Below are positions 50,387-64,000 of a stretch of 64,000 nucleotides of DNA, one piece after another. Origin of the DNA: Lama glama. Its lineage: Eukaryota. Positions within the stretch are counted from its first letter, which is position 1. Each line of letters opens with the position of its first letter. The stretch is from assembly GCA_028534125.1 (NCBI GenBank), contig CM052817.1, positions 91,328,001-91,392,000 on the forward strand, given 5' to 3'. The position numbers were made by a program, and so were the translations under genes. Under the pieces are notes generated by a model. That model was not told the DNA's origin. It was given only the letters and a program-made list of their open reading frames with translations, and did no database searches.

Positions 50387-51193
50387 AGATAATTTCTTAT
50401 TTTACTTCACTATTCTAAGTTTAGTGGATTCATGAAAATAGTTATATGCATAGAGCAACGAATAGCAAAACTCAAAAATACTATACTTTTGAATATAGTT
50501 AAAGGATATAAAAGTTTTAGGAAGTTAAGTTTACAGAATTCAGAAGTTTTAAAAGTTGAATTTTTCCAGTACGGGTTAATACCATATTATTCATATACAA
50601 GTTACTCAATTCTGAACATAAAATTGTAGATGAAATGAAAAACAGAGGATTTACACAAAAAAAAGTTTAATGGATTATTTGAGTTGTTTTATTCTGAATA
50701 TTCTAGTTCCATTTGTATTTATTTACTTAAGAAAGGTAGAGAAAACCATGTCAATAAAAGAAAATTTGCTGCATTATGTTGCTCTTTATGGAGAAATGTA
50801 AGAGTTGTAATAGCATCATCAATATAACTAAAACATTTCAATATTTAGAAAATTAATATAAATTGCTTCTAAATTTTTTCCTTAATTTTTATGTTTAGGC
50901 TGTAAAGGAGCTATTGTTCTCAGATGCCAGCGTCTCAGACTTTTCCCTTTGAGTTTTTGAGTTTTGTGTCTGAGATTGTTAGGTGATGGGGAAATGACTC
51001 CTCAAATAGGTATTTCAAAGTAGTTTAATAATTCTGTTGAAAATGAAAACAAGAGTATTTTCACATTGAAACTTTCCTTTTTTATTCTTATATCCACAGG
51101 AGGGGGAAACTTATGTAAACATTCTGAGTGAAAATGATACTGTTAAACAAATCGTTTTAAAAGTTAGGTTAGACTGTACATTTAAAAATGTTT

Positions 51194-51320
51194 GGGGGGA
51201 GGGTATAGCTCAGTGGTAGAATGCATGCTTTGCATGCAGGAGGTCCTGGGTTCCATCCTCAGTACCTCAATCTAAATAAATAAATAAATAAAACCTAACC
51301 CCCCCCAATTTAAAAAAAAT
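51194..51320 (+). mobile_element. tRNA-derived SINE (Vic-1-like) inside an L1 3' fragment
   Basis: GGGGGGAGGGTATAGCTCAGTGGTAGA head and (TAAA)n tail. Confidence 0.9.
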
Positions 51321-51498
51321 TTTTTTAAAAAGTTGAATTTTACATTATGTATATTTTACCACAGTAAAAACAGTTGAAAAAGGGGAAAAGTAGAATTAGA
51401 CTTACAGATGGAAGTGCATCTTTTAGATACATGATTAAGTTTGCCGCTTCACTGATTGGTTGCTTATTTTTTCATGAGAAAAATATTATGTTCCAGAT

Positions 51499-51811
51499 CT
51501 GCACTATTCAGCACTGTCACCACTAGCCACATGTGGCTTTTGAGCATTTTCATTGTGGCTTGTCCAAATTGACATGTGCTGTAAATGTAAAATACTCCAG
51601 ATTTCAAAGAGTGCAAAAAAAAAAAAGTAAAGTAACTTAGTAGTAGTTTTTTTTTTATTAATGACATGTTGACTTGATAATATTTTGGATATATTGAGTT
51701 AAATCAAATTTTAAAAATCAATTTCTTTTTTTTAACTTTTTTTTAATGTGGCTACTAAAACATTGAAAATTATAGTCATCGCTGGCACTATATTTTTGAT
51801 GAACAGTGCTG
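51499..51811 (-). mobile_element. MER33-like hAT-Charlie element
   Basis: cactagccacatgtggc...gtccaaattgacatgtgctgtaaatgtaaaatac...tttaatgtggctact...acagtgctg. Confidence 0.85.
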
Positions 51812-53496
51812 CTCTGGACAGACTTTCTTACAGCAAGAAGGGCTTAGTTAACTCTTGTCTCATCTGGGGAGAGGGAGGTGGGGGACAATGTGGGCAGTTC
51901 TCCCAGAAAAGGAAAACCTAAAACCTGAAAATCAAGAAATTATTCTTGTAATAGGATACTGAAATATTTGTCTTGAACTGTATGACTTCAAAATCTATTC
52001 CAAAGCCATTATCTTATGAAGTTTTATTTTTTAGGTTTAACCAGAAAAGCTAAATCCTCTGACACTTCTCCAGATAATTTACCCAAAATATTTGAAATAG
52101 AACAGTATAATATTTTTCCTTCTAGAATGGAATTTTAACTTTAACTTTATAAAATTTCTGGAAATACTTCCATGTTTAAAATTTTTTAAAAATAAAGCTG
52201 TGTGGTAGTAAGACCAACACTATTTGTTTCATTGCCTTCTGGCCTTTGTCCATGTACTTAGAAAATGAATACACACACAGGATCTCTTCAATTACTTGTT
52301 TCCTTTGTTTACAGGCAGCATTTAGATTCAGTGTGCTATCTACCTCTTTCCGTCCTCTTTAGTAACCCTCTTTTCTTCAGAGCACCACATGCAAGATCTC
52401 AAACCCCCGTGCCTTGCACCAAATCCCGACTGCTTTCTAGCATGAAAGAGAAATCACATGAATATTCACTTCCTTCCTGAATTGCAGTTGCAATTGGGTT
52501 TGATTATGAATTCCCATCAATCAATTGCCCCTTCATCCTTCTGCTTCCTCCACCTGTGCACCCCCCTCCTCCCCTCCCCTCTCCCCCTCACACTCTCTTC
52601 CTCTCACATCTCTGGTGAGCCTGGTGTTGGAAGCTGTCTGACTTAGTGCCCTCTTCTGTTTAAAGCTTTCAGTGCACATCCAGACAACTGACCATTTTCT
52701 CAAAGAAAATGAGCTCTGAAAGAGCTTGAAATTATTGGAAGCAAATCTAGCAGGTTTGTGTGCAAGTCGAAAGTTGTATAAATGGAAGCTTCTGAGAAAT
52801 GTGGGGTCAACAAACAAATTCAAAAGGACCTGTTTTCATTAACTCAACAATAGTGTCTGAAAATTAGATTTGTCTCTTTCCCTTTCCAGAACTATGCATA
52901 GTACTTTTAAATTTCCAATATTTCTGATTTAGACAACGTCAACATTCTTTTAAAAGTCAACTAAACCAAGTTTGGCTGCTTTCTTATTAGACAGGGTGTA
53001 TCTTGCTACATTAATGTTGACTTTTTTTTAAGTTGTTTTGACAAAAAGGGATGTTTGTTTAAATTTGTACCATGTTTTTGATGACAGCCCCATTACTGCC
53101 TTCTTTACCTGCTGAAGGGACAGAGGGGGTCAGAGGATAATGTTCTCCAGTCTAATCAGATTATAACTTGGTGGGTTTGTTGTTATAAAGATCAAATGAG
53201 ATAACATGTAAAAATGGCTTCACACTATAAAGCCAAAGGTGTTACTAACCAAATATAAAATTAAACAATCTCTTTTGGATTTGAAGATGAAAACATTTGG
53301 GGACCCAATTTGATGTTTTGCATAGTAAAAAAGTTCTGTTTGTTATAAAAGTTTAGCAGCAATGTAACCCTGATATAACTGTCCCCAAGGCCTTAGAGAC
53401 ACCTTATAAACCATCATGATCAAGACATATAAGGAGAAAAGTTTTGGCTGTAGTGAAATCAAATGGTCCCCAGATCTGAATGGTCTATGTAAGATT

Positions 53497-53944
53497 TTTT
53501 TTTAGTAATACTTAATTTTTTAAATTGTGGTAGTAAGCACCTAATACAAAATTTATCATCTTAACTATTTTAAGTGCACAGTTCAGTAGTGTTAAGTATA
53601 TTCACATTGTTGTACACAGACCTCTAGAACTTTATCAACTTGCAAAACTGAACCACTATATCCATTCCTATTTTCTCTTTCCCCCCAGCCCCTGACAGCT
53701 GCCATTCTACTTTCTGTTTCGGTGAATTTCACTACTTTAAATACCTCATATAAGTGGAATCATGCAGCATTTGCCTTTTTGTGACTGGCTTACCTCACTT
53801 GGTGTAATGTCCTCGTGGTTCATCCATGTTATAGCATATGACAAAGTTTCTTTCCTTTTTAAAGCTGAATAATATTCTGTTCTACATATATACAACATTT
53901 AGTCTATCCTTTCACCAGCTGATGAACATTTGGATTGCTCCCAC
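53497..53944 (-). mobile_element. L1 (L1MA/MB-like) 3' end with TSD
   Basis: Typical 3'UTR; imperfect TSD atggtctatgtaagatt (53480) / atggtctacagaagatt (53945). Confidence 0.88.
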
Positions 53945-54542
53945 ATGGTCTACAGAAGATTCTTGTTTTAATAATAGTGTGCTCCAAATTAGTTAGCTTG
54001 TCTAAGATCAAAGGAATACATAGGCATACATCACCTCCAATGAGAGAATGTGTTGCAGAGACATGTGGGGACTTGGAGTGACAAGAAAGGAAAGTAGCTC
54101 TGGAAATTTCCTCATCCAGCTGCTCCTACTTTCGGAGACTGAGTGACAGGAGCTACAGGAACCAGGACTTTTATTCACAGCAGCAATCTTAACTAGAATG
54201 ATTCACCTTCTTTTTGGTATAAAGCGACTCATCTTCCTGTATAATTCCCAAAAGAGATATTTTATTTGAGTCAGTTTGTCACCATTTTTTGTGGCATAGT
54301 ATCCTGGGACAGAATGCTACCTAGACCTCCTCAGTGGCAGCTGGCCCACCTCATGCCTTATGACGCTGCCTTTAACCTGTGCTCCAGTCCTGGATGGAGT
54401 CTGCTATGACCAGAAGAGCAGGCTGAGTTTCATCTGAAGTGCATGCCGTAGGCAGAATAGCTCAGATAGGAAGCAGTCATTTAGTCTCTTCCTTTAGGAT
54501 GGTGCTCCAAATGTGTAAGTCTGTGCCTTATAGAACACACAC

Positions 54543-54544
<2 letters not shown>

Positions 54545-54574
<30 letters not shown>
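54545..54574. repeat. (GT)15 microsatellite
   Basis: Directly visible. Confidence 0.97.
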
Positions 54575-54576
<2 letters not shown>

Positions 54577-55008
54577 CCAAACTTGAGTTACATGTCTCTT
54601 CTATTCTTCCCCTTAGCACCTCTCATTCATTCATTCATTCACTCACTCACTTATTTGTACTGTCATTCAACAAAAATACATCAAGTCCTCTGGTGTCTGG
54701 TGTCTTCATTTGCCCCTCCCACCCACCCTGTCAGATGCCCTGAGGATACCCTGTGCAGGCAATATTCATGCTCTGGACCTTTTCAGGCTTCTTCTCCACA
54801 TTAAAAGTTGGAGGTTCAATGCTTCAATCCTTCAGATCTCTGCTATCTTTTTTTTCCTTCATATTTCTGCTATCTTAATTAATTAGTCAACACATTAATT
54901 AATGAGACAGAATGGGTGTTAACTGGTGTTAATATGGTATGCATTTAAGGAAAATTATTTGCTCTTAAAATAAGGCCCTTCTGAGGATAATGCTTTCACC
55001 CAAAGGAG

Positions 55009-55185
55009 CAGGACTTGTTCCATAATTTGTGGGATTCAGTGCAAAATGAGAATGCAGAGCCCCTTGCTCAAAAATAATTAAGAGTTTCAAGACAGCAAGA
55101 GCAGAACATCAAACGAAGCACAGGGCCCTTCTAAGTGTGAGGACCCTGCAGCTGCACAGCTCGTACACCCATGAGGCCAGCTCTG
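55009..55185. mobile_element. MER45A-like hAT-Tip100 MITE
   Basis: cataatttgtgggattcagtgcaaaatgagaatgc...ccttgctcaaaaat...cacccatgaggccagctctg. Confidence 0.85.
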
Positions 55186-55643
55186 CAAAGCAGTAATGTC
55201 AGGTTGGAATTTGAAGAACGTGGCAGGCCGTTAGAGAAGATGGTTTGAGTGGGTGGTTCTCCTGTTATTTTTCAAACCATACCACATAGGCCAGTCTCTG
55301 TTGAAATGACTTGTAAAACTATATTTCCTGGAGTGGAGAAAAGAGTACAGCTCTCTGGAGGTCACTGGGTTGTACGAAGAAGAGTCAAACAATGATAGAA
55401 TAACAGAGAGGTTAAATAATGTGCCCAACGCCACATATTCAGTAGTGTTTGAGCCAAGACTACAGAACCCTTGTTCACTCCTTTCTACCTTCTGCCTCCT
55501 CTATCACTACAGTGTAGACAAGGCTTGGGATCACAGGGAAAATAACATATTTATTTTAGTTTGTTCAGACTGACATAGGTCCCATTGCTTTAAATGTCCC
55601 TGAAAATGTGTCTAAAGGTTGAAAGCAATGCATTGAGCATATT

Positions 55644-55774
55644 GGGGGGGGGTGCATAATTAGGTTTATTTATTTATTTTATTTATTTATTTTTTAAATG
55701 GAGTTGCTGGGAATTGAACCCAGGACCTCATTCATGCTAAGCATGTGCTCTACCACTGAGCTATACCCTCCCCC
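55644..55774 (-). mobile_element. tRNA-derived SINE (Vic-1-like)
   Basis: Reverse-strand copy, TSD agcatatt, essentially no poly(A). Confidence 0.9.
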
Positions 55775-57563
55775 AAGCATATTTTTTGAAATTGTAACTA
55801 ACATACTGTTTTAAAATAAATTTACCTTTATGGACAGGGTTGTACAACATTGTGAATATATTTAATGCTGGTGACTTGTACCCCTAAAAGTAGTTAAAAT
55901 AGTAAATTTTGTTATGTATATTTTAGCACAATAAAAAATAAATAAATTTATCCTAGATATCCCAACTTTTCGGACACCCAGTATGTGTACTGACATTGAA
56001 AGACACCCAATATAATTATTGAGTGAAGGATTATATTATTCTACACTATGGATAGAATGTATCATTTACATATAAGAATTCGGAAATGAAGCATAGAAGG
56101 GAACCTGCAAGGTTTTTGTAGTCACACACTTCTGCAGTATTTAAATTGTTTACAGTGAGCATATATATTGCTTTAAAAATCTTTTTTGTAAAGGTATTTC
56201 TATTGGGAGAGGAAAAAGAAGAAACCAATATGTCAGAAACAGGCCTGACAGTCAGGAGTGGGCGAGAGCCTGAAGCTGCAGGTCCTGGGCTGCCTGACTG
56301 GCCACTGCTGAACTCTCTGAGATGGGTTTCATCGTTGTGAGCAGACTGGTCCTGCAGGTTCAGAGGCACGCTCCAAAAATAACCTGGACTCCTAGATGTA
56401 GAAGATGCCTGATGGGTTACCTGGTCTGATTTCCCACCTGGATATACAACCTTCTAAATCTCCTTTATCTCAACCCTTACTCAACCGCTTCCCACCCACC
56501 CTGTTGCTATAGACTAATGATTGCTGGAAACTTCTTTCTTGTATTTAATATGAAAGCTGCCTCCCTATAACCAATAATTACTCACTCTAGCTCTTCTCTT
56601 AAGGGCATAACAGAAAAAAAAAAAAGATTCCATCTTCTATATGCCAGCCCTCTATTTCCCAGTTGCCAAATCTGTCTATCCTTCCTGTTCTCTATTTTGA
56701 GCCCAGCAAGCATCCTCAGTGAATCTCCATGTGTTCCTACACCGTATCAGTTGTTTTCCTATGGACACCATTTCCCGCTCTCTAAATGTGGCACTCTTGA
56801 GAGTAACAAAGTATGGTAGACTGTACTTCTGTTGTGCAACCTAAGATTATATTAGTATTTTTAGCAGCCATATTGTGTTGTTGGCTCTAGGTGAGTTTAT
56901 TGTCACTGGAAACTCAAGGATTGCAATCCAAGCAGTTTGTTTCCCTTCTGAAAAATTATGGTTTTTGAATCTAAATGTAAGCCTATTTTTTCAACTGAAT
57001 CTTTCAGTCTATCAAGCTCAGATTTGTAAGAATGCAACAAACTTTGTAGGCTTCTTTCTTATTCCAAAAATTATTAATACCTATTCACTGTGATGTTTTT
57101 GAAAACCCATATATATATAGACAAAAAGGAGAAACTAAAAATTGCTGATCAATCCATCATCCTGACCTTATTACTCTTAATATTTTGGTATAAAAATAAA
57201 TATATGTATAAGTAAATCCATCTCCACTTCTTTCTATGCATAACAATATTTTCCCTAGTAATTGGCTTATATTATATACACTATTGTATAACTTTGTTTT
57301 TTCACCAAATAATATGTTTATGTTTCTTTTCCCATGTTAAATATCCTCTCACAGCATATTAAAAGAACGAGTTTCACCATTTACTTATTTATTCAGTCAC
57401 ATGGTCCTGGATATTTGTTTCTATTTTTTTCACATTATAAATAGAACTTCAAAGACTATCCTTGAACTTACATTTTTATGTATATTCATGATGATTTCAT
57501 TGGAGATCATTCCTAAAAGTATAATTGCATAAAAGGGTACGCGTTTTTTAAAGTTTTGGTACC

Positions 57564-57932
57564 TGTATTAGTCTGCTCAGGCTACCATAATAAAACACCA
57601 CAGACTGGCTGGCTTAAGCAGTAGACCATTCTGGAGGTTCGAGGTCCACAATCAGGGTGCCAGCAAATTTGTCTTCTGATGTGAGCTCTTCCTGGCTCAT
57701 AGAGAACTGCCTGCTCCCTGTGTCTTAACGTGGTCTTTCCTTTGTGCACATGTGGAGAGAGGGAGTTTTGGTGTCTCTTCCTCTTCTTGTAAGGACAACA
57801 GCCTTATCGGATTAGGGCCCCACCCTTATGACCTCATCTAACCTTACTTATCACCCTAAAGGGCCTATCCCCAAATACAATCACACTGGGGGATTAGGGC
57901 TTCAACATATGCATTTGGAGGGAGGGGCACAA
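57564..57932 (-). mobile_element. MaLR LTR (MLT1A/B-like)
   Basis: tgtattagtctgctcaggctaccataataaaacaccacagactgg...ggattagggccccacccttatgacctcat. Confidence 0.88.
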
Positions 57933-59968
57933 AAAATACTCCCACTCGATGTGCTTGAGAGTGCCTACCCTGCACTCCCACCAGGAGTTTAACATTTACA
58001 AATCTAGATTACTTTGAAAATGGATTTTGCAGACCTTCAGAGTTGGACAAGTGTTCATAGCTATACAGCAGGAGGCTCAACTAAGGGACTTAGGTCAGGA
58101 TACACATTTCAATATTAAGTGCTTCTTGGACTCTGAGGTGCATTTCCTTGCCTGTGAGTTCCACACCACCTACAAACCTTAGTCATCCTTGGGCCCAGGA
58201 GGCACCCACACCTCATAATTAGTATGTGCACCTACATACTTTGTTAAATCCCTGATGGAAGCAGTGCCTTAGTGCAAGGTTTAGAAAAGATGGGAATGAA
58301 TTGCTGAGAAGGATCTAAAAAGTATTCTGGTGGATGAATTAGGTGGAATATTGAAAGAATGTGAAGGGAGGGGTCATCTCGAATCCTGGAATTGAGAAGA
58401 ATTCCTTGATACTGAGTTCCATAGCCTTCGGGTACTTATTTGATCACAGCTGCTTTTCTAATCCCTAGTGGCAGCTGGGCCTTTAAGGGACCCTTTTTTT
58501 ACTTGACCAGGGAAATAATGACCCCTTTCTCTGTGTGGATCTCATAGCCAGACAGGAATAGGCCATATATTCCTAACTTTCAGACAAGAAGAATGCAATA
58601 CGTTTTTTAAAAAATAATTTTTTTCATTTTATTTGAAATAATATACAAGAATATAGTGTGCAAAATTTAGGGGCAACAGAATGAAGTGTAATGAACTGAA
58701 ATCAGTTTTCCAGCTGTGATTCCTAACCAGAAACACTGCTTGGTAAGTAATATCCGAAAAGCCATGATTGTAGCTCAGAGCAAAAGCATCTGTATTCCCA
58801 GTGTGTTTGCTCTCATTGTAGACATTTGGGGGAGAGTAAGGTGCAAGTGCTGCACTGTAACTGCAAAGCCTGCCCCCACCAGAGAGATACGATGACACAT
58901 ATGATGTTAAGATAAGTAAGTGGCTGAGGAGATATAGGACACAAAGTTAAAAATACAACGGTGTCAACTGTTAATAGCACCATTACAGTGGCTATATCCC
59001 AGTGCTGTTAACTAACTTGACTTTGGCCTGGGCTGGGTCTGCACCGCAGTAAGGGATGAGTGCTGCCACCCGGTGCCTCAGCTCAGCATGCTCTGGGAAC
59101 CACAGCAGGTGGTGCTTAAGTGGGACACTGACACCATCCACCTGTTCCTTGTTCTGGTCACCTCTTGGCACTAGCCAGACTAGGAGCCCCTGTGTTTGGT
59201 ATAGACAGTACACTTTTTGTGCGTACTGGAGTCCTATCACAGACTGCAGACTCAGCCGCCTGCAAGAGAGAAAGTGCAGCTGTACTCAAGTCTCTGCTGG
59301 CTTTCTCTTCATCTCTAGGTACAATGATTTCAAACATCTTTGCTGAGGGAGAGCGCCCAGGTGGAAATGGGAGAGCTCCCAGGTGGAAATGGAAGAGCAG
59401 AAAGTACTTGGAATTTATTTTGTCACTTACCTTTAAGAACAGCTTTACTGTTTTTATTTTTTAATGCCCATTTTAACAAATTCAAATACAGAAAATTGTA
59501 AAGCACAAAGTGATGTCATCCAGATACTTACTACTGAGACAACCAATTTCATACTCATAGATCTATAAAAACAGTTTTATGTAAAAGAGCTTATTCATGT
59601 ATTCTGTGACCAATGTTGCTCAGTTGTAAGCATGAAATCTTTTTAAGTCAATAAACATGGAGGCATAGCATTACCCTGAGTATATCTATCATAATTCACA
59701 TACCAGTTCTAAACTTAGTTGTTTCACCAATTTGTGAAGCTACTAAAAGCAATGCTGAGATACCTTGTGCATATCTTTCACTACTTTTAGAAATATTTAA
59801 ATGAAACTGTCTAATGTCTTTGGGATTAACAACACAGTAAAAATCCCAAAGTCATACTTAGAAGAAATTAAAAATATGTGCAGCTTCTTTATTCTCTATT
59901 TACATCTATAGAAAGCAGTTGTCTCTTTCCTCCTATAGAATACAACAACCTTGAAATGCTGTAATTTT

Positions 59969-60100
59969 TTTTTTTTTTGGTGGAGGGGAGGAAACTCGGT
60001 TTATTTATGTATCTATTTTTTAGAGGAGATACTAGGGATTGAACCCAGGACATCATGCATGCTAAGCATGTGCTTTACCACTTGAGATATACCCTCCCCC
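59969..60100 (-). mobile_element. tRNA-derived SINE (Vic-1-like)
   Basis: Reverse-strand copy with perfect 16-bp TSD gaaatgctgtaatttt at 59953-59968 and 60101-60116. Confidence 0.93.
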
Positions 60101-60821
60101 GAAATGCTGTAATTTTGATCATCTCTCATCCTCTTTCTTGTCTCACCTGATACGGTGTTCAGAATTTTGGTTCTATCTTGTTATTTTTTGTTATTGTTTT
60201 ACTTTAATTTGAAATTTCAAGCACATAGAAAAGTTAAAAAATAGTTCAAGGAACACATGTATATACCTCACCTAATTTTATCAATTATTAGTATGTTCTC
60301 TCCCTATCTTCTGTCTTTCTCTCTCTCTTTCCCTTAGAGATATTTCTCCACTATGTATTGAAAGGAACATTTATTATATTTTATCCAAAATTTGTAGATA
60401 TTATATAGCAAGAAGGTTTTCCAGTTATCCAGCTGTCTGTACTGCTAGAAATGGAAGTCCTATATTTATCAACTTGTATTTTGCTTTTTTCACAGAGCAG
60501 TACATAAATTTTTCATGGTTCCACAGAAATAACTGGCTGCAAATTTATCCTTTATAATAATCTGAAAAATAATTTTAAAAAATTAGTAAATTATTTCTTT
60601 AAAAACAATCATCATATTCAACTTTTTCTACGTGTGACCTGTGTGGTAATATTGTCCTTCAATATTTTATGTGTCTATTTATACTCTCCCTGGATGTTTA
60701 ATTTTATTTTTATAAACATCGTCCCCTCTGACTTACATTTTGCTTAATTTTAAAAAGAAATTTAGAGTATGTTGAATAGGTTAAAAATAAACAAACACCA
60801 ACTGCATCGTGCTGTATTTCT

Positions 60822-61275
60822 CAGAGATGGAAAGAATGTGAGAAGCATCCCAGGCAGAGGAACTTGCCTATGCAAAGCCCTGGGAAAGAAAGAAGCAAGG
60901 CACATTTTCTAGGAATAGAAAGAAGGCCACTGTACTAGAGCAGAGCAAATGAAGAATGTGAGACTAGGCTGAAGATGTAGTTGGGAGTGGCCCTCGGGAC
61001 CTTTAAAGTGGTGTTAAGAATTTAACTGTGTCTTTTAAGAGTAAGGCTAAGCTGCTCAGGTTTTTTAATTAGAATTGTATTTGAAAAGAGGACTCTGACT
61101 GCGGTGGAAAGAACAGTCTGGAAGGCACAAGAGTGGGTTATGGGAAGACCAGGGGCGATTACTGTAATAGTCCTAGCAAGAAATATTGCCGTGGAATGGA
61201 GTGCTGGCTTTAGTGATGGAAAGAAGTAAAAGAGAAAGGGAATAGTTAGGAAATGCATCTTGCTAAAGTGATGAG
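60822..61275 (-). mobile_element. L2 fragment
   Basis: agcatcccaggcagaggaac...tgcaaagccctggg...aggaatagaaagaaggcc. Confidence 0.7.
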
Positions 61276-61279
61276 CAAA

Positions 61280-61785
61280 CCATTTTTGAGGGTTCACTTG
61301 GTCCTCTAACTTATGGAGAGTCAGCTGACAAATAGAAAGTTCCCTACTGTGGAAGCCAAGGAGGTTCCACATTTGGATCTCTTTGCAAGGAGGAGCATGC
61401 TGTTCAGCTACAAGGAACTGTCCACCTTGGCTTTCAGGCTTAGGCCACGCTCCTTCTGGACAGCCCCAGCCAACCACTGATCCCGGCAGGGCTGCCAGGT
61501 CTGATCATTTCTGCCCAAGGCTGGACTCCTCTAACAGGCAGTCTGCTCTAGACAGGTTGACTGAGACTTTATCAAATTTGTGTTGGCCTGAGGCTCTCTC
61601 TCCTGCTTCCTCTTCTGTTTCCTTTTCCAAGTGTCAGAGCTGCGTCCTGGCCTGAAGGCTGTCTCTGCTCAATCCTGTATCCTTTCCCTTTGTCTTTCAT
61701 AGGCTTCATTCCCCAATAAACCTCCTATTTAAATAAACTCAGTCTCATTATCTGCCTTTCTTAGGACCTACCAACACACCTGACA
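61280..61785 (+). mobile_element. ERVL LTR (LTR16-like)
   Basis: ggacagccccagccaaccactga...catttctgcccaa...ccccaataaacctcct...ctgaca end. Confidence 0.7.
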
Positions 61786-62155
61786 AATAATGGGGTTAGG
61801 GATATCTGGTGAAGGATATCTGATCAGCTATGACAGTATCTCCACAAAGGCCATAATTGCTAGGCCATGATTCACTAATTGTCTGCTCAAGTTTCTCAGA
61901 ATGTTAGGCAACCAGACTCTCCCATACTTCCAAGGAATCCTGCATTATTTTGGAGTAGCTCTTTGGAGATGGAGAATTAAGAGAGAAAAGAGCAGAAGAG
62001 ATTTTACAGGCCTAATCTCTTCAGGTAGAAGGAAAGGCTATGAAAAGAACTAGCCTAGGCCGGATCCAGTTCACTGTGAATTGTGTAATCAGCTGGTTTA
62101 CCACTCATGATATTATTTAACACTATGGAACCCAAACTTTGGAAAATGTACTTTT

Positions 62156-62473
62156 TTTTAACCTTTTTTTCTTATTTTAAACTTCAAATATAGTTGATCT
62201 ATAATATTGTGTTAGTTTCATGTGTACAGCAAAGTGATTCAGTTATACACTCTTTTTCAGATTCTTTTCCATTATAGGTTATTATAAGATATTGAATATA
62301 GTTCCCTGTGTTATACAGTAGGTCCTTGTTATTTATCTATTTTGTGTATAGTAGTATGTATCTGCTAATCCCAAACTCCTAATTTATCCTTCCCTCTTTC
62401 CCCTTTGGTAACTATTAATTTGTTTCCTGTGTCTGTAAGTCTGTTCTATTCTGTAAGTAAGTACATTTGTGTC
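62156..62473 (-). mobile_element. Artiodactyl-type L1 3'UTR insertion with perfect 16-bp TSD
   Basis: TSD tggaaaatgtactttt at 62140-62155 and 62474-62489. Same family as the element at 23582-23860. Confidence 0.9.
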
Positions 62474-64000
62474 TGGAAAATGTACTTTTGAACTGTACTG
62501 TAAGAATCATAGGGACAGAATTCACACTTATATATGGGGAACTTTTTCTCCGACAAACCATGTTCCCACTATCACTCAACTTGGGGAAAAGTTGGTTCAG
62601 ACACAGAAAGAAGCTGAGGACTTGAGAGGTGGCCTGTGTCTTTTAGAGGAGAGAAAGTCTTCCTCTCCCCTCTGGGACTCAGCAGGGGCTGGGGAGGTGT
62701 TGTGTCTGTATTCTGAGGCCAAAGTGAGAGGTTAGAGTGGTCAAGCAGGTCTTTGGGTGACAGGGTAAGCTGTCGGAGATCCGGTGCAGGAGCCAGGCTG
62801 GGAGCTAACTCGGCCGGAGAGCCCAGGGCGGATCTGGGATTGAGCTGTAGTTGTAAAGTATTTTTTGTGTTGTACTCCTTCCCTGAGCTTCCAGTAAAAC
62901 TATGGCTTAATCAGTGTTGTGAGGAATTAGTTAAAAGTTATGCCCACATTTGGGCAAATCTATGAAAGAAGCATACTGCCCAGGCTGTATGCCCATGTGA
63001 ACCTCATCCACCACGCATGTCAGAATTTATAGGGCCCAATGAATGATATCCCTATTTCCTGCCCACATGTGGAACCTATTGAGAAAAAAATGAAAGAGGA
63101 AAGCAGCAAGAGAGAAAAATGTCACCTTTATTGCCATTAAAGGCAGTTGAAGGATGTAGATTAGGTATGTTAGCCAAGGGGATTACTTAATATTTCACCC
63201 CTAAATTAAACTTACCTGCCTCCTCGTAGATGGTGCTGGACAACCACGTGAAAAAGTAGAGGTGACTGTGCACCCAGAGATCAGGCAAAACTCAAGACAA
63301 AAGAAGGAGGAAGAACTTGAAGATGTTCAGCTTCTTCTCCCAAAATCTCCATTGAAATACCTCACTCCTCCCCTAGGGACCAGACCATAAACAGGGCAGA
63401 GAAAGGCCAGGGGTATTAGACATGAAGCCAGAGCAAAGGAGATATCCCATTCCCCGGAATAGTTTGAAGCAGTGAGTGTCAAGGCCCATCATTGTAAATG
63501 TCTGGATTACAACATCACAATTAGAAATTTGCTGAAATGAAGACCAGAGAAATAAACATAAAAATTTATTAGTTATGATCACTTTTATTTTACACTCATC
63601 AAATAGAACACCCAGATGTGCAATAATAATTAAAATCATTCATCTTCACTATTTTGCCAATTTTTAGTCATATTAAGAAACATAGCTTTACATATATTTC
63701 AGTTTTATTACTCTGAAGGTATATTTCTCAAGGTTGGAGGATGGAACAGATTTTACTACACAGTTTGTCTACGTGATTGATCATCTCTACATATGTAGAC
63801 ATTTGGTGTGTGGGCTGCCGGTTGAATTCTTGTACTACTTTCCTGATTTAGCCTGAGTAACTTGCAGCCCCACTGTGGCAAGAACTGGAGGGATTGGGCC
63901 CATCCTGGTCAGTTTCTCATGTGGGAGTGCTTTGGGACTGACAGGGCTAAGAGAGGGGTGGACTTATTCCCTGCTTTTGGGCAAAATAAACAAAACGTGC

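Noticed and set aside
7555..60100. tRNA-like sequences as genuine tRNA genes
   Set aside because: They are diverged from each other, carry A-rich tails and TSDs, and are dispersed, so they are SINE copies.

Overview
Mammalian genomic DNA, not prokaryotic. Thirteen copies of a tRNA-derived SINE resembling the camelid Vic-1 family, plus artiodactyl-type L1 3' ends, suggest a camelid (alpaca/llama/camel); this is an inference. The window holds the 5' end of the ETS transcription factor gene ELF2 (NERF) on the minus strand: a CpG-island promoter with non-coding exon 1 (donor at 33893), a ~20 kb intron 1, an 85-nt non-coding exon 2 (13931-13847) and exon 3 (12565-12327), which carries the start codon and encodes MTSAVVHSGGSILELSSNGVENQE. 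The next coding exon was not found and presumably lies left of the window. The rest is mostly old interspersed repeats (L1, L2, MIR, MaLR/ERV LTRs, hAT transposons), and the ~28 kb upstream has no recognisable gene. None of the supplied ORFs is supported as a protein-coding gene, and the real 72-nt CDS is too short for the track. The most interesting signals are in the ELF2 5' leader: two candidate core promoters, an AUU codon in a perfect Kozak context, a TAGTAG tandem acceptor that toggles an in-frame stop, stacked AUG uORFs, and a candidate poison exon. I found no convincing wholly new biological system. Repeat names come from recalled consensus sequences and repeat boundaries are approximate.
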